A stretch of 64,000 nucleotides of DNA, taken from NCBI GenBank assembly GCA_002269645.1, contig NIVC01002886.1:1-64000 (forward strand), read 5' to 3'. This stretch comes from Macrostomum lignano. Lineage: Eukaryota. Below, one piece after another: positions 27,975 through 40,900 of this stretch (position 1 is its first letter; each line of letters begins with the position of its first letter). The position numbers and the translations under genes were made by a program. Under the pieces are notes generated by a model, which searched no databases, was not told where the DNA came from, and worked only from the letters and a program-made list of their open reading frames with translations.

Positions 27975-28788
27975 GTCTCCAATTGTGTCGATAGCCTAAC
28001 AATCTCACCACCCTAATCTACTCCTTTCCTCCAGTTGTGTCTATGGCCTGACTCTCACCACCCTAATCTACTCCTTTCCTCCAGTTGTGTCTATGGCCTG
28101 ACTCTCACCACCCTAATCTACTCCTTTCCTCCAGTTGTGTCTATGGCCTGACTCTCACCACCCTGATCTACTCCTTCCCTCCAGTTGTGTCTATGGCCTG
28201 ACTCTCATCACCCTGATCTACTCCTTCCCTCCAGTTGTGTCTATGGCCTGACTCTCACCACCCTAATCTACTCCTTTCCTCCAGTTGTGTCTATGGCCTG
28301 ACTCTCACCACCCTGATCTACTCCTTCCCTCCAGTTGTGTCTATGGCCTGACTCTCATCACCCTGATCTACTCCTTCCCTCCAGTTGTGTCTATGGCCTG
28401 ACTCTCACCATCTCAATCTACTCCTTCCCTCCAGTTGTGTCTATGGCCTGACTCTCACCACCCTGATCTACTCCTTCCCTCCAGTTGTGTCTATGGCCTG
28501 ACTCTCACCACCCTGATCTACTCCTTCCCTCCAGTTGTGTCTATGGCCTGACTCTCACCACCCTGATCTACTCCTTCCCTCCAGTTGTGTCTATGGCCTG
28601 ACTCTCACCACCCTGATCTACTCCTTCCCTCCAGTTGTGTCTATGGCCTGACTCTCACCACCCTGATCTACTCCTTCCCTCCAGTTGTGTCTATGGCCTG
28701 ACTCTCACCACCCTGATCTACTCCTTCCCTCCAGTTGTGTCTATGGCCTGACTCTCACCATCTCAATCTACTCCTTCCCTCCAGTTGT
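27975..28788. repeat. 50-bp minisatellite, about 16 copies
   Basis: CCAGTTGTGTCTATGGCCTGACTCTCACCACCCTGATCTACTCCTTCCCT, period 50. Confidence 0.95.
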
Positions 28789-29526
28789 GACAAAATTTGC
28801 TAGCATTCGAAAGGTCATTAAGGTCAGCTCGCAGACAAACCAACAAACCAGTTGCTTTTTAGCGCTTGGGGAATGGAACTAAATGTTTACTATGCCTTAA
28901 TGATCAGAGTTTAAATCACTACAAAGTGCGTTATTCACGCGACGATATCATTTTTATATTTTTGTACTTATTAAGGTTTAAAAAACCTTGTAATTTCGTG
29001 TTTACAATAGATTAATCGGGTATTACGTATTTTCAATACTGGTTGGTAATATATGGGAGTTTTTTTATGTTCTCAGCACACTGGTATTTTACAAGCAAAA
29101 TAGTTTTGCCGATTCTTTCTACTCAGTAGGCAAATCTTCCGTCTCGAAATCAGTCTCTATGCGCCGCGTGCTGCAGAATACGGACTGGCGGATTAACCCC
29201 GCTATCTGGCAGTCTGCGACCCGCGCACCTGACGTTATTTAATGCCGCTAATCCCACTTGTCAGCCGGTCCGACGCCCTCGCCTACTTCCAAATGAAATT
29301 TAGAAATTGATTTTTTGTCGAGTCAGCGACTGTGAAATCAGACTCGGGTCAGGTTGAGCCAGAAAAGCTTCTTTGAGCGTCAACGGGAGGCCACTCGAAT
29401 AGGTGCGTTGTCTCAATTATTCCCCATCCCTGAGAGGCCGCCCAATCCCAAAGCGCTGGCAACCCATCCAGGCTTGACAATCCTTATTGGTTGTGCCTTG
29501 AAGCCAGCCCCTCTCGCCTCTGTGGG

Positions 29527-29533
29527 TATAAAA
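29527..29533 (+). promoter_or_regulatory. TATA box of the neuropeptide gene
   Basis: GGGTATAAAACAG about 110 bp upstream of the ATG at 29640. Confidence 0.55.
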
Positions 29534-29639
29534 CAGATCGACTTGGCTGCAATCCGACCCCCTCTTCGCTAGATCATCAGTCCCCTATATCCCCTAACGC
29601 ACAGACTCATCCCGTAGAGACTCGACCTCGGCAGCAAAA

Positions 29640-30450
29640 ATGCAATGCAGCGTTCTGGCGCCAATGCTGGCGCTTCTGATGGCGGCGCTTATCTGTGCAT
29701 CGTCCACTCGAGCTGACGTGAGTCACTTCTGACCTCTCACTTTTGTCTTTAATATTCTTACCAGTGAATGCCAAGTTGCACCGGTTCGATACTGCCTGAT
29801 CACCTTTGTAGTCGCTTCATCACCACGGTGCGTCAGACCAGGAGCTTCAAGATCAAACCGAAAAGAGGGCCTACTTTGATCCGATGGGATACGGCAAGAG
29901 GGCCTACTTCGATCCCATGGGATCCGGCAAGAAGAAGAGGGCCTACTTCGATCCCATGGGATACGGCAAGAAGAAGAGGGCCTACTTCGATCCCATGGGA
30001 TACGGCAAGAAGAAGAGGGCCTACTTCGATCCCATGGGATACGGCAAGAAGAAGAGGGCCTACTTCGATCCCATGGGATACGGCAAGAAGAAGAGGGCCT
30101 ACTTCGATCCCATGGGATACGGCAAGAAGAAGAGGGCCTACTTCGATCCCATGGGATACGGCAAGAAGAAGAGGGCCTACTTCGATCCCATGGGATACGG
30201 CAAGAAGAAGAGGGCCTACTTCGATCCCATGGGATACGGCAAGAAGAAGAGGGCCTACTTCGATCCCATGGGATACGGCAAGAAGAAGAGGGCCTACTTC
30301 GATCCCATGGGATACGGCAAGAAGAAGAGGGCCTACTTCGATCCCATGGGATACGGAAAGAAGAAGAGGGCCTACTTCGATCCCATGGGATACGGCAAGA
30401 AGAAGAGGGCCTACTTTGATCCCATGGGATATGGCAAGCGCAGTACTTAG
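29640..30450 (+). CDS. Neuropeptide precursor, 238 aa; exons 29640-29717 and 29812-30450; 14x AYFDPMGY-amide and 1x AYFDPMGS-amide
   Basis: Exon 1 MQCSVLAPMLALLMAALICASSTRAD is signal-peptide-like, with donor GTGAGT. Acceptor TTTGTAG at 29811 is phase 0 and in frame. Acidic spacer, then KR. Each peptide is followed by G plus KR/KKKR (amidation and convertase sites). Confidence 0.93.
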
Positions 30451-31382
30451 CAAAATCATCATTTGAGACAGCAAATTTGAATTTATTCAGCTTGTCAACC
30501 AACAAATACAAAAATGTCCAGATATTGACTTCGTCCTTGAAACTGTTAGAAGCGAGGAGCGACGAGCCGTGAAAGACTCTGACTCGTCTTTGTTTCTGGC
30601 TCAACAAAGACTTCTCTAAGTTGCGCCACAGTTTTCTAGCTCTTTGTTCAGAGTGTATTAAACCAATGAAAGATTTCGAAATATAAAAAACAACAAGGCA
30701 CTTTTATGTAGCACAAATAAGCCTTGATGGCTTGGTCCTCAAGTGTGCACTGTAAAAATGCAATTAAGGATTCAGTTAGTTAATCATGGCATTGATGTCG
30801 TTTGCATATGCCTGACGATTAGAAAGTTAGATTAACATTCTATGCTACTCAAGACCAGTAGTATTTCAACAACTGTGTTAAAAGTATCGACAAGAAGCTT
30901 ATCTCGTATTAATATTTTACTGAGCAGCATCAGAGATTCACAAGTAACCAAATCTTGCACGAAAAAGCAGAAAGTCGTTCCGTTTCGAAGATTTTTTGAA
31001 GAAACTTGATGAAGCCAAATCTGTAGCAATTTCTTGACTTGAAATCGCTTTCAACTTTTCTTCTTTGGCTTTGTCTTTTCTGTGCGTCTTTCTGCCAGCT
31101 GCACGAAGTGTTTTCGCCTTTGTGTCCTCAGTTGACGTCGCCCTTTCTGGGTACATCTTTAGGCAATCCTGGCATTATGGGTATTAAAGGCTTAGAGTGG
31201 GCTGAAACACGCCAGTTTGTCTCTAAGGTGCGGAACAGAGAGGCTAAACAGGATTACCTATTGCCAATCAAAATGATTGACACTTCCCTGCGTGTCTGAC
31301 AGTAACCTGGCGGACAACTGCTTGAAGTGCGATGGTTCATTAATCCAGAAATTAATGAATTTCTCTCTAGTTTTAGTTCCTC

Positions 31383-31752
<370 letters not shown>

Positions 31753-31970
31753 ACTTATTTCCTGTTTCTCTAAGATGTCTTCCCATTAGCATAAAGCATA
31801 CTACTATGAAGTAGCACAGAGCATGCTCCCCTAACTTATTACAGAGCCAGTTTTAACCACCCAATGGAATCAAGAAACCGCCTACTCTATTGCTAGCAGC
31901 TATAAGACCCCAATCAACTCAAACCCAGGCACTCCAGCTTCCCGAAGCCCAGCTCACTCCCAGCCCCAAG

Positions 31971-34900
31971 ATGGACAAGCCCGGCATTCGCTACCAGAAG
32001 CTGCGCGAGCGAGCGCAAAAACGCGACAGCGTGGACTCACGACAGTCAAGCGACGCGAGCTCGGGCAGTCAGACCCAACTGCTCGGAGCCGCCACGGGCG
32101 TCGGAGCTTCGGGAACGTCGACAGTGGAGACAGCAGTGACGGAACAACAGCAGCAGCGAATCCAGGTGCCCTCGGTTCAGGTTGAGTCAGCGGGCGCCTC
32201 GTCCGCCAGCCTGAGCTCCCCAGTAGCCGGGGGCGGCGCGGCCTCCCAGTCTCCAGTCGCTTCATCATCTTCATCTCCTTCTGGAGGCTCGAACTCAGGA
32301 CCTATGCAGGACCAACAGCCGCCACAGCCGCCGCCGCCGCCGCCGCCACTTCAACAGGAGGACAGCGTCCGCTCGGAGGAGGGCACCGTGGCTACCGAAA
32401 CTACAACCGACGAGGCGGGCGGAGGCGGCCGCGTGCTGCAGCACTGCCGCAGGGGCGAGTGGGCCAACGTGGAGGCGCAGCTGAGAAAAGGCGATTTCCA
32501 TCCGTGGGAGCTGGCGGAGGCTGAGGAGGTTGGATGGGAATAATTGTTGCTGTTGTCATTATTGATATCATGTCTCATAGATTTTGGCTCATAGGTCCTG
32601 GCTCATAGGTCATAGCTAATTCATCGTAAGTCATAGATCGTGGCTCATAAACCATTGCTCATACGTCATAACTCATAAATCATCGCTTATAGATCATGGC
32701 TCATAGATCGTGGCTCCTAAATCATCGCTTATAGATCATGGCTCAAAGATCGTGGCTCATAAATCATCGCTCATAGATCATGGCTCATAGATCGTGGCTC
32801 ATAAATCATCGCTCATAGATCATGGCTCATAGATCGTGGCTCATAAATCATCGCTTATAGATCATGGCTCATAGATCGTGGCTCATAAATCATCGCTCAT
32901 AGATCATGGCTCATAGATCGTGGCTCATAAATCATCGCTCATAGATCATGGCTCATAGATCGTGGCTCATAAATCATCGCTTATAGATCATGGCTCATAG
33001 ATCGTGGCTCATAAATCATCGCTTATAGATCATGGCTCATAGATCGTGGCTCATAAATCATCGCTTATAGATCATGGCTCATAGATCGTGGCTCATAGAT
33101 CGTGGCTCATAAATAATCGCTCATAAATCATTGCTCATAGCTCATAGCTCATAAATCAGAGCTCATCAATGACAGCCCAGATACCATAGCAGCACTCTTA
33201 ACACAGCGACTCCATGAAATGTTCTTTACGGCGAGAAATGAAACAGCCGTTTGTTTTAATGCTTCTCCACCAACAACTCGATGGACTATCAAAAATGAAT
33301 TTCAGGGCAGCGGCGAGACGCCCCTCATGATGGCCTGCCGCGACAACAAACTGGTGATTGTCGACAGACTGCTCGAGAGCGGCGCCGGAGTTTTCGAGAA
33401 ATGCTCGGTCAGCTCTACTGATTCTGCACTCTCCCTCTCGCACTCTCCCTCTCGCACTCTCCCTCTCGCACTCTCCCTCTCGCACTCTCCCTCTCGCACT
33501 CTCCCTCTCGCACTCTCCCTCTCGCACTCTCCCTCTCGCACTCTCCCTCTCGCACTCTCCCTCTCGCACTCTCCCTCTCGCACTCTCCCTCTCGCACTCT
33601 CCCTCTCGCACTCTCCCTCTCGCACTCTCCCTCTCGCACTCTCCCTCTCGCACTCTCCCTCTCGCACTCTCCCTCTCGCACTCTCCCTCTCGCACTCTCC
33701 CTCTCGCACTCTCCCTCTCGCACTCTCCCTCTCGCACTCTCCCTCTCGCACTCTCCATCTCGCACTCTCCCTCTCGCACTCTCCCTCTCGCACTCTCCAT
33801 CTCGCACTCTCCCTCTCGCACTCTCCATCTCGCACTCTCCCTCTCGCACTCTCCCTCTCGCACTCTCCCTCTCGCACTCTCCCTCTCGCACTCTCCCTCT
33901 CGCACTCTCCCTCTCGCACTCTCCCTCTCGCACTCTCCCTCTCGCACTCTCCCTCTCGCACTCTCCCTCTCGCACTCTCCCTCTCGCACTCTCCATCTCG
34001 CACTCTCCCTCTCGCACTCTCCCTCTCGCACTCTCCATTTCTCACTCTCCATTTCGCACTCTCATTTCACACTCTCATTTCACACTCTCCATTTCGCACT
34101 CTCCCTCTCGCACTCTCCCTCTCGCACTCTCCCTCTCGCACTCTCCCTCTCGCACTCTCCCTCTCGCACTCTCCCTCTCGCACTCTCCATCTCGCACTCT
34201 CCCTCTCGCACTCTCCCTCTCGCACTCTCCCTCTCGCACTCTCCATTTCTCACTCTCCATTTCGCACTCTCATTTCACACTCTCATTTCACACTCTCCAT
34301 CTCGCACTCTCCCTCTCGCACTCTCCATCTCGCACTCTCCATCTCGTACTCTCCCTCTCGCACTCTCCCTCTCGCACTCTCCCTCTCGCACTCTCCCTCT
34401 CGCACTCTCCCTCTCGCACTCTCCCTCTCGCACTCTCCCTCTCGCACTCTCCCTCTCGCACTCTCCCTCTCGCACTCTCCCTCTCGCACTCTCCCTCTCG
34501 CACTCTCCCTCTCGCACTCTCCCTCTCGCACTCTCCATTTCTCACTCTCCATTTCGCACTCTCATTTCACACTCTCATTTCACACTCTCCATCTCGCACT
34601 CTCCCTCTCGCACTCTCCCTCTCGCACTCTCCATTTCTCACTCTCCATTTCGCACTCTCATTTCACACTCTCATTTCACACTCTCCATCTCGCACTCTCC
34701 CTCTCGCACTCTCCATCTCGCACTCTCCATCTCGTACTCTCCATCTCGCACTCTCCATCTCGTACTCTCCATCTCGCACTTTCCATCTGGCACTCCTTGA
34801 ACTCAGTTTAAGACAAATTTTAATTGGCCCATGAGGTTGGTTTTCGCTGCTGATACCCTGTCTCACTGGGAACGGAATCTTTACAACAAAAACCAATTTC

Positions 34901-37900
34901 TTCGATAGAAAAAATGTCTACCCTTAGCACAACAAAGGTTCTGGTCCCCATTCAAATTGCAACTCCCCCAGTGTCCCGTTGCCATTGACAACCCAGCGCA
35001 CACACAACAATAATGCATTATAAATCTCTGTAGCACAGTCAAATAAAGTAGAGTGATGAGGTAGGCTAGGCAACATATAAAGCCAGTTCATAAGGTTTCT
35101 AGGAATTGGTCCGCTGGGATTTGAAGCCAAGGGCTTATAGAGAGCAAGGCTCGTGCACCGGATGCTCCGTGAGTTGCTGCCTTGGCACTGAATGGTAAAG
35201 GTAACAGAATTTATGGGTGCTTTGAGAAAGGCATTGTGTGCGTTTCTCAATAGCTGTATTTCTTTTCAATTTAGTTCTACAAGAGCCGGTTCGCATCCAT
35301 CACTTTTTTTAATTCTTTCAGATTCTCAGATTCTAAGCTGGTTTTCACAATAGTAGAAGCTATTTATTTGGACCCATGATGCTTGGGATCTGTACGTGAC
35401 ATCATTGATAACTTTAGCACTCATTTAAGCTGTTTTCTTTCAAATAAGGGGTTGTAGTCTAATGGTCGGACTCAGGACTTGAAAGGTCGGGGGTTCGATT
35501 CCCGATCCCACTCGGAACAATTTGAGTCTTTGAGCAAGATATATGACTCTGCATTGCTTCAGTTCACCCAGCTGTAAAATGGGTGCCAGCATTAGCTGGG
35601 GTAATTGTGTGTTGGCGTACTGAAGTCCTTGGACTGAACAGCCGTACGCAGCCTTCAGACGCGCCGCGCAATAGCTGCGGCTGAGCTGTCGGTTGCACAT
35701 CTGTCTATTGGGGCAGGCGTAATCAATTATTACCATTTATTATTAAACATTATTTCTTTAAAAATATAAAATAATAAAAATACCCAAAATTTTCGAAGTA
35801 CTGCATCACGAGCGCAATCTCTCTGTCACTGTATTTCAGGACGGTCGAACGGCCCTGCACTTTGCTGGCCAATACGCCAAGGACGACATCATCAAGCTGC
35901 TGCTGGCCAGGAAAGCCGACCCAAATCAGACTGGAGGGGTGAGAGATCGCAACACATTACCGCCAGGAGCTTTAAAGATTACCGGTTTACATTTGCGGGT
36001 CAAATATTGCTCAAATCAATGTGCAGTTAATTCAGATCCACAGTTGCCACAAATAAGGACCAACCTTAGGGTGTACACTGCCTGACAGAGGGTGTACACT
36101 GCCTGACAGAGGGTGTACACTGCCTGACAGAGGGTGTACACTGCCTGACAGAGGGTGTACACTGCCTGACAGAGGGTGTACACTGCCTGACAGAGGGTGT
36201 ACACTGCCTGACAGAGGGTGTACACTGCCTGACAGTGAGAAAGTTAGGCCCGCTGTACACTCTGAGTGAGTACACGCCTGCTTACATATCCTTGTACATG
36301 TGCGTTCTCAGAGGTTAGCGGAATGGATATAAATGATTGCCAGCTGCTACAACTCTTATTGTAGTCTGCTCTGATTGGACGCGGGACAGGCGGATGAGTT
36401 GTGACGTCATTCTCTAAATTATAGTCCCTCTCTACCCTTCCTTGTCGCCTATTGGCTAGCAAGCATTCCAATCGAAAGGTCATACCCAGCGCCATCCCAA
36501 TACTGCCCACCGCAGCCCCTGGAGCAGACGTCACTGCACTACGCCTGCCAGAGGTCCCAGTCCGCACTGCCGGCCGTATTGACCCTCATAAAGGTGACGA
36601 AAAACGGCCGATTGGTGACAGATAAGGTAAAAAACATATCTAATCTTAAGGTAGAATTGTTGGTAAAAACATGATATAAAAGTGCCCATCCACCCCAGCC
36701 TGGCAACATCCCACTGTACTACGCGGTGGACAGCGGCAACGCCTTAGTGATGAAGGAGCTGCTGGACCGGGACACGGATGTGCAGGTGCGCTGGCGCCAC
36801 GGGGCGTCTGGCAACACCGCCCTGCACGTGGCGGCCGGCAAGCGCGACCTCGAGATGGTGAAGATTCTGTGCGACTCTGGGGCCGACATCAATGCGCAGA
36901 ATGTGAGGTTGCTGGGATAGATATGATGGAGTTTTTCAGGCATCTAAGCATTTAAGATGCACTGTACTAGCGACAAAAATTACCGATGTAACAAGTGCAG
37001 ACTACGCGCTCCTTTGTAGAATGCCGGTCAGACTCCGCTCCACATTAGCGCCAATGAAGGCGACGAGGCTGTGGTGCGGTTCCTGCACTCCAACAAGGCC
37101 GATGCCAGCATTCTGGACAAGGTGCTGCTGTTTATACGTTTGTTTAGGGCTGGGGAACTAGTTCGAAGGGAAGAGGCGTATAGAGGATCCAGGTCTCTCC
37201 GTTGGGCTTTATCTGGAGTCCGAAATTGACGCTAAGTCCACAAGCTCCATCCCAGCTCCATCCCAGCTCCATGCAAGCTCCATGCAAGCTCCATGCAAGC
37301 TCCATGCAATCTCCATCCCAGCTCCATCCCAGCTCCATCCCAGCTCCATCCAAGCTCCATTCCAGCTCCATCCCAGCTCCATCCCAGCAACATTCCAGCT
37401 CCATTCCAACTCCATCTCAGCTCCATCCCAGCTCCATCCAAGCTCCATCCCAGCTCCATCCCAGCACCATCCCAGCTCCATCCCAGCTCCATCCCAGCTC
37501 CATCCAAGATCCATTCCAGCTCCATCCCAGCTCCATCCCAGCAACATTCCAGCTCCATTCCAACTCCATCCCAGCTCCATCCCAGCTCCATCCAAGCTCC
37601 ATCCCAGCTCCATCCCAGCTCCATCCAAGCTCCATCCCAGCTCCATCCCAGCTTCATCCCAGCTCCATCCAAGCTCCATTCCAGCTCCATCCCAGCTCCA
37701 TCCCAGCAACATTCCAGCTCCATTCCAACTCCATCCCAGCTCCATCCCAGCTCCATCCCAGCTCCATTCCAGCTCCATTCCAGCTCCATTCCAACTCCAT
37801 TCCAACTCCATTCCAACTCCATCCCAGCTCCATCCCAGCTCCATCCCAGCTTCATCCCAGCTCCATTCCAGCTCCATCCAAGCTCCATTCCAGCTCCATC

Positions 37901-40900
37901 CCAGGTCCATCCCAGCTCCATCCCAGCAACATTCCAGCTCCATTCCAGCTCCATTCCAGCTCCATCCCAGCTCCATCCCAGCTCCATTCCAGCTCCATTC
38001 CAGCTCCATCCCAGCTCCATCCCAGCAACATTCCAGCTCAATTTTAGCTCCCACTAAGCTCTGTCCAAGGCTTTTGCTAGAGCCTGAAGTTGACGCTCAG
38101 AGGCTCATATTCTAGCGCAAAATTTGGCATATGATTTTGAGTGAGTCAGAGCTTTAGTTTCCAACCGAAAGAATACAGTTAACCCAGTTGGCGGTGTCCT
38201 GATTGAAGAAGTGAAACTTCTAGATAAGATCGATAAATCCTCTTGGACTCTTTTCCAACGCCCCTACAGCAAGACCGCAGCCCTCTGCACATGGCGGCCG
38301 AACGTGGCCAGACAAAAATAGTGGAGCTGCTAATTGACAAGTTCAAATGCAACGTGCTGGCCCGCACCAAGGACGGCAGCACTTTGATGCACGTGACCTC
38401 ACAGTCGGGATTCCCCGAGACTACCATGGCCTTTCTTCGACGCGGAGTGCCGCTGCACATGCCGAACAAGAGCGGCGGAGTCTGCCTGCACGCGGCGGCC
38501 AAAAGCGGTCACGCCAGCGTTGTCCGCAGCCTCCTGGAGAAGGGCGCCAACGTGAACGCGGTGACGAAGGACCGGCTGACTGCGCTGCATGAAGCCGTGG
38601 CCAGGGGCCACCCGGCCGTAGTGGAAACCCTACTCGGCTTCGGGGCGCAGGTTCGTGCTGGAGCACTACAATTAGTCCGTGAAGTGCAATTAGCCTGTGG
38701 AATGCAATTAGTCTGTGGAATGCAATTAGTCTGTGGAATGCAATTAGTCTGTGGAGTGCAATTAGCCTGTGGAGTGCAATTAGCCTATGGAATGCAATTA
38801 GTCTGTGGAATGCAATTAGTCTGTGGAGTGCAATTAGCCAGTGGAGTGCAATTAGCCTGTGGAGTTCAATTAGTCTGTGGAATGCAATTAGTCTGTGGAG
38901 TGCAATTAGCCTGTGGAGTTCAATTAGTCTGTGGAATGCAATTAGTCTGTGGAATGCAATTAGTCTGTGGAATGCAATTAGTCTGTGGAGTGCAATTAGC
39001 CTGTGGAGTTCAATTAGTCTGTGGAATGCAATTAGTCTGTGGAGTGCAATTAGCCTGTGGAGTGCAATTAGCCTATGGAATGCAATTAGTCTGTGGAATG
39101 CAATTAGTCTGTGGAGTGCAATTGGTCTGTGGAATGCAATTAGTCTCTGGAGTGAAATGGGTTTGGACTATGAATAATAATAATAATAAATAATTGATTA
39201 CACCTGCCCCAATTGGGCCAGATGCGCAACTGACAGCTCAGCCGCAGCTATTGCGCGGCGCATCTGAAGGCTGCGTACGGCTGTTCAGTCCAAGGACTGG
39301 GGGGTCGCCACACACCCTCAATTACCCCAGCTAATGCTGGCACCCATTTTACAGCTGGGTGAACTGACGTCGAAAATTTAATATAACAAGAACCATACAG
39401 TAGTTTGTGAAACCCCCCACCCCTCAATAACACAAATTGTTCCGAGTGGGATCGGGAATCGAACCCTCGACCTTTAAGTCGGAGTCCGACGCTCTAACCA
39501 CTAGGTTACACCGCCCTATAAAGCACCACAAAAAGTCAGGATTGTCCTTATTAAACAAAGTGTATTTGAGATGGAATTTTCAGTACTAGTTGTCAAGGTT
39601 GGAAAACGGCCTCCGGGGCTTGAATGGTTGCTATCAGTGTCAAACTGTGGTAGGTCTCAAATGTCCGGAGAGCCAACGATAAGGCTTGTTGTACGATCTG
39701 CTCCCATGAATTCTAACTCGCCGAGTGTGTGCATGACTGACAATGACAAGGTCAGGGGTTAATGTACATCTTGTGTGAGCGCGGCCTGAGTACGTATTCC
39801 CCAACTACCTCATTACTCAACAGGTGGACGTCAAGGGCGGCGAAGACGAAGATACTCCGCTGCATCTGGCGGCTCGGACCAGCGGCGGCGAGCGCTGCGC
39901 CGAGATGCTGCTGAAGAGCGGCGCCAACGTCAACAAGGCCAACCGGCTGGGCCAGACGCCGCTGCACACGGCGGCCAAAGGCGGCAACGTCGACATGCTG
40001 CTGGCGCTGCTGGCCGAGGCCGGCGACCCGACTCGCGTCTGCCAGCAGGTGAGAATTTCCTCCGACTCTGAGACTGATCCTTCGTTTAGTCTTTAGTCTA
40101 TATGGGGTTGCAGTCTAGTGGTTAGAGAGTCGGGCTCACGACTTGCAGGTCGTGAGTTCGATTCCCGATCCCATCGGAGCAATCTGAGTCCTTGAGCAAG
40201 ACACTTACGAAGTAACTCTGCATTGCTTCTGTAAAATGGGTGCCAGCATTAGCTGGGGTAATTGAGGGTGTGTGTGGCGACCCCCCAGTCCTTGGACTGA
40301 ACAGCCGTACGCAGCCTTCGGATGCGCCGCGCAAATAGCTGCGGCTGAGCTGTCGGTTGCACATCTGGCCCAATTGGGGCAGGTGCAGTCAATTCCTGTG
40401 CAGCTTGCAGTGGGCACCGGTGGCACAACAGGAACTGCACTCGCATTGCTCCTACAGTGTAGACTTTCTCATCGCTATGGGCCTTAAACCGTCTTCATAT
40501 TTTGCACTTTACACTGATTGCATGCTTGACCCGAAAATGAGTCAGACTTTCGTTAACACTGAAATGACCTACTACGCTTGTATTTGGGTGTTTGGTAAGC
40601 GTTTGTAGTTCCACTGGCTATGCGGAGAGATTTGCACCCAGCGAATATTTAAGTATTCAAAGAAATGCCTTCTATTCAATTTGACACCTTGCTAGGGCAA
40701 CAGTCCGCTGCACCTGGCCGCCAGACACTGTCGCTATCCGGTTGCTAAGGCAATTATTGAGCACGTTGAGTCAACAAAATCGCATCACGACGCCGTGCAC
40801 CTGGTTAACCTTGGCAACAAGGAGGGCGAAACAGCGCTTCACTACGCTGCGGAACTGTCCAAAGATAAGGCAGGCGGCGACTTCGACGACACGGACCTGG

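Noticed and set aside
24895-28788. 65-bp and 50-bp arrays as possible CRISPR arrays
   Set aside because: No unique spacers, no cas genes, eukaryotic context.
30832-31299. Short ORFs between the neuropeptide and TRPN genes
   Set aside because: No recognisable domain or consistent splice chain.
31890-31970. Upstream TTG start for TRPN given by the ORF track
   Set aside because: Non-ATG start; the first in-frame ATG at 31971 was used.
35448-35520. tRNA-like heads of the SINE copies as tRNA genes
   Set aside because: A/B boxes are present, but no consistent cloverleaf, and each continues into the same SINE body.
38651-39193. Read-through of TRPN exon 7 into an in-frame (CGMQLV)n stretch, and similarly 33408-34811
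   Set aside because: Good donors and in-phase downstream exons exist; the open frame is a by-product of repeat units lacking stops.
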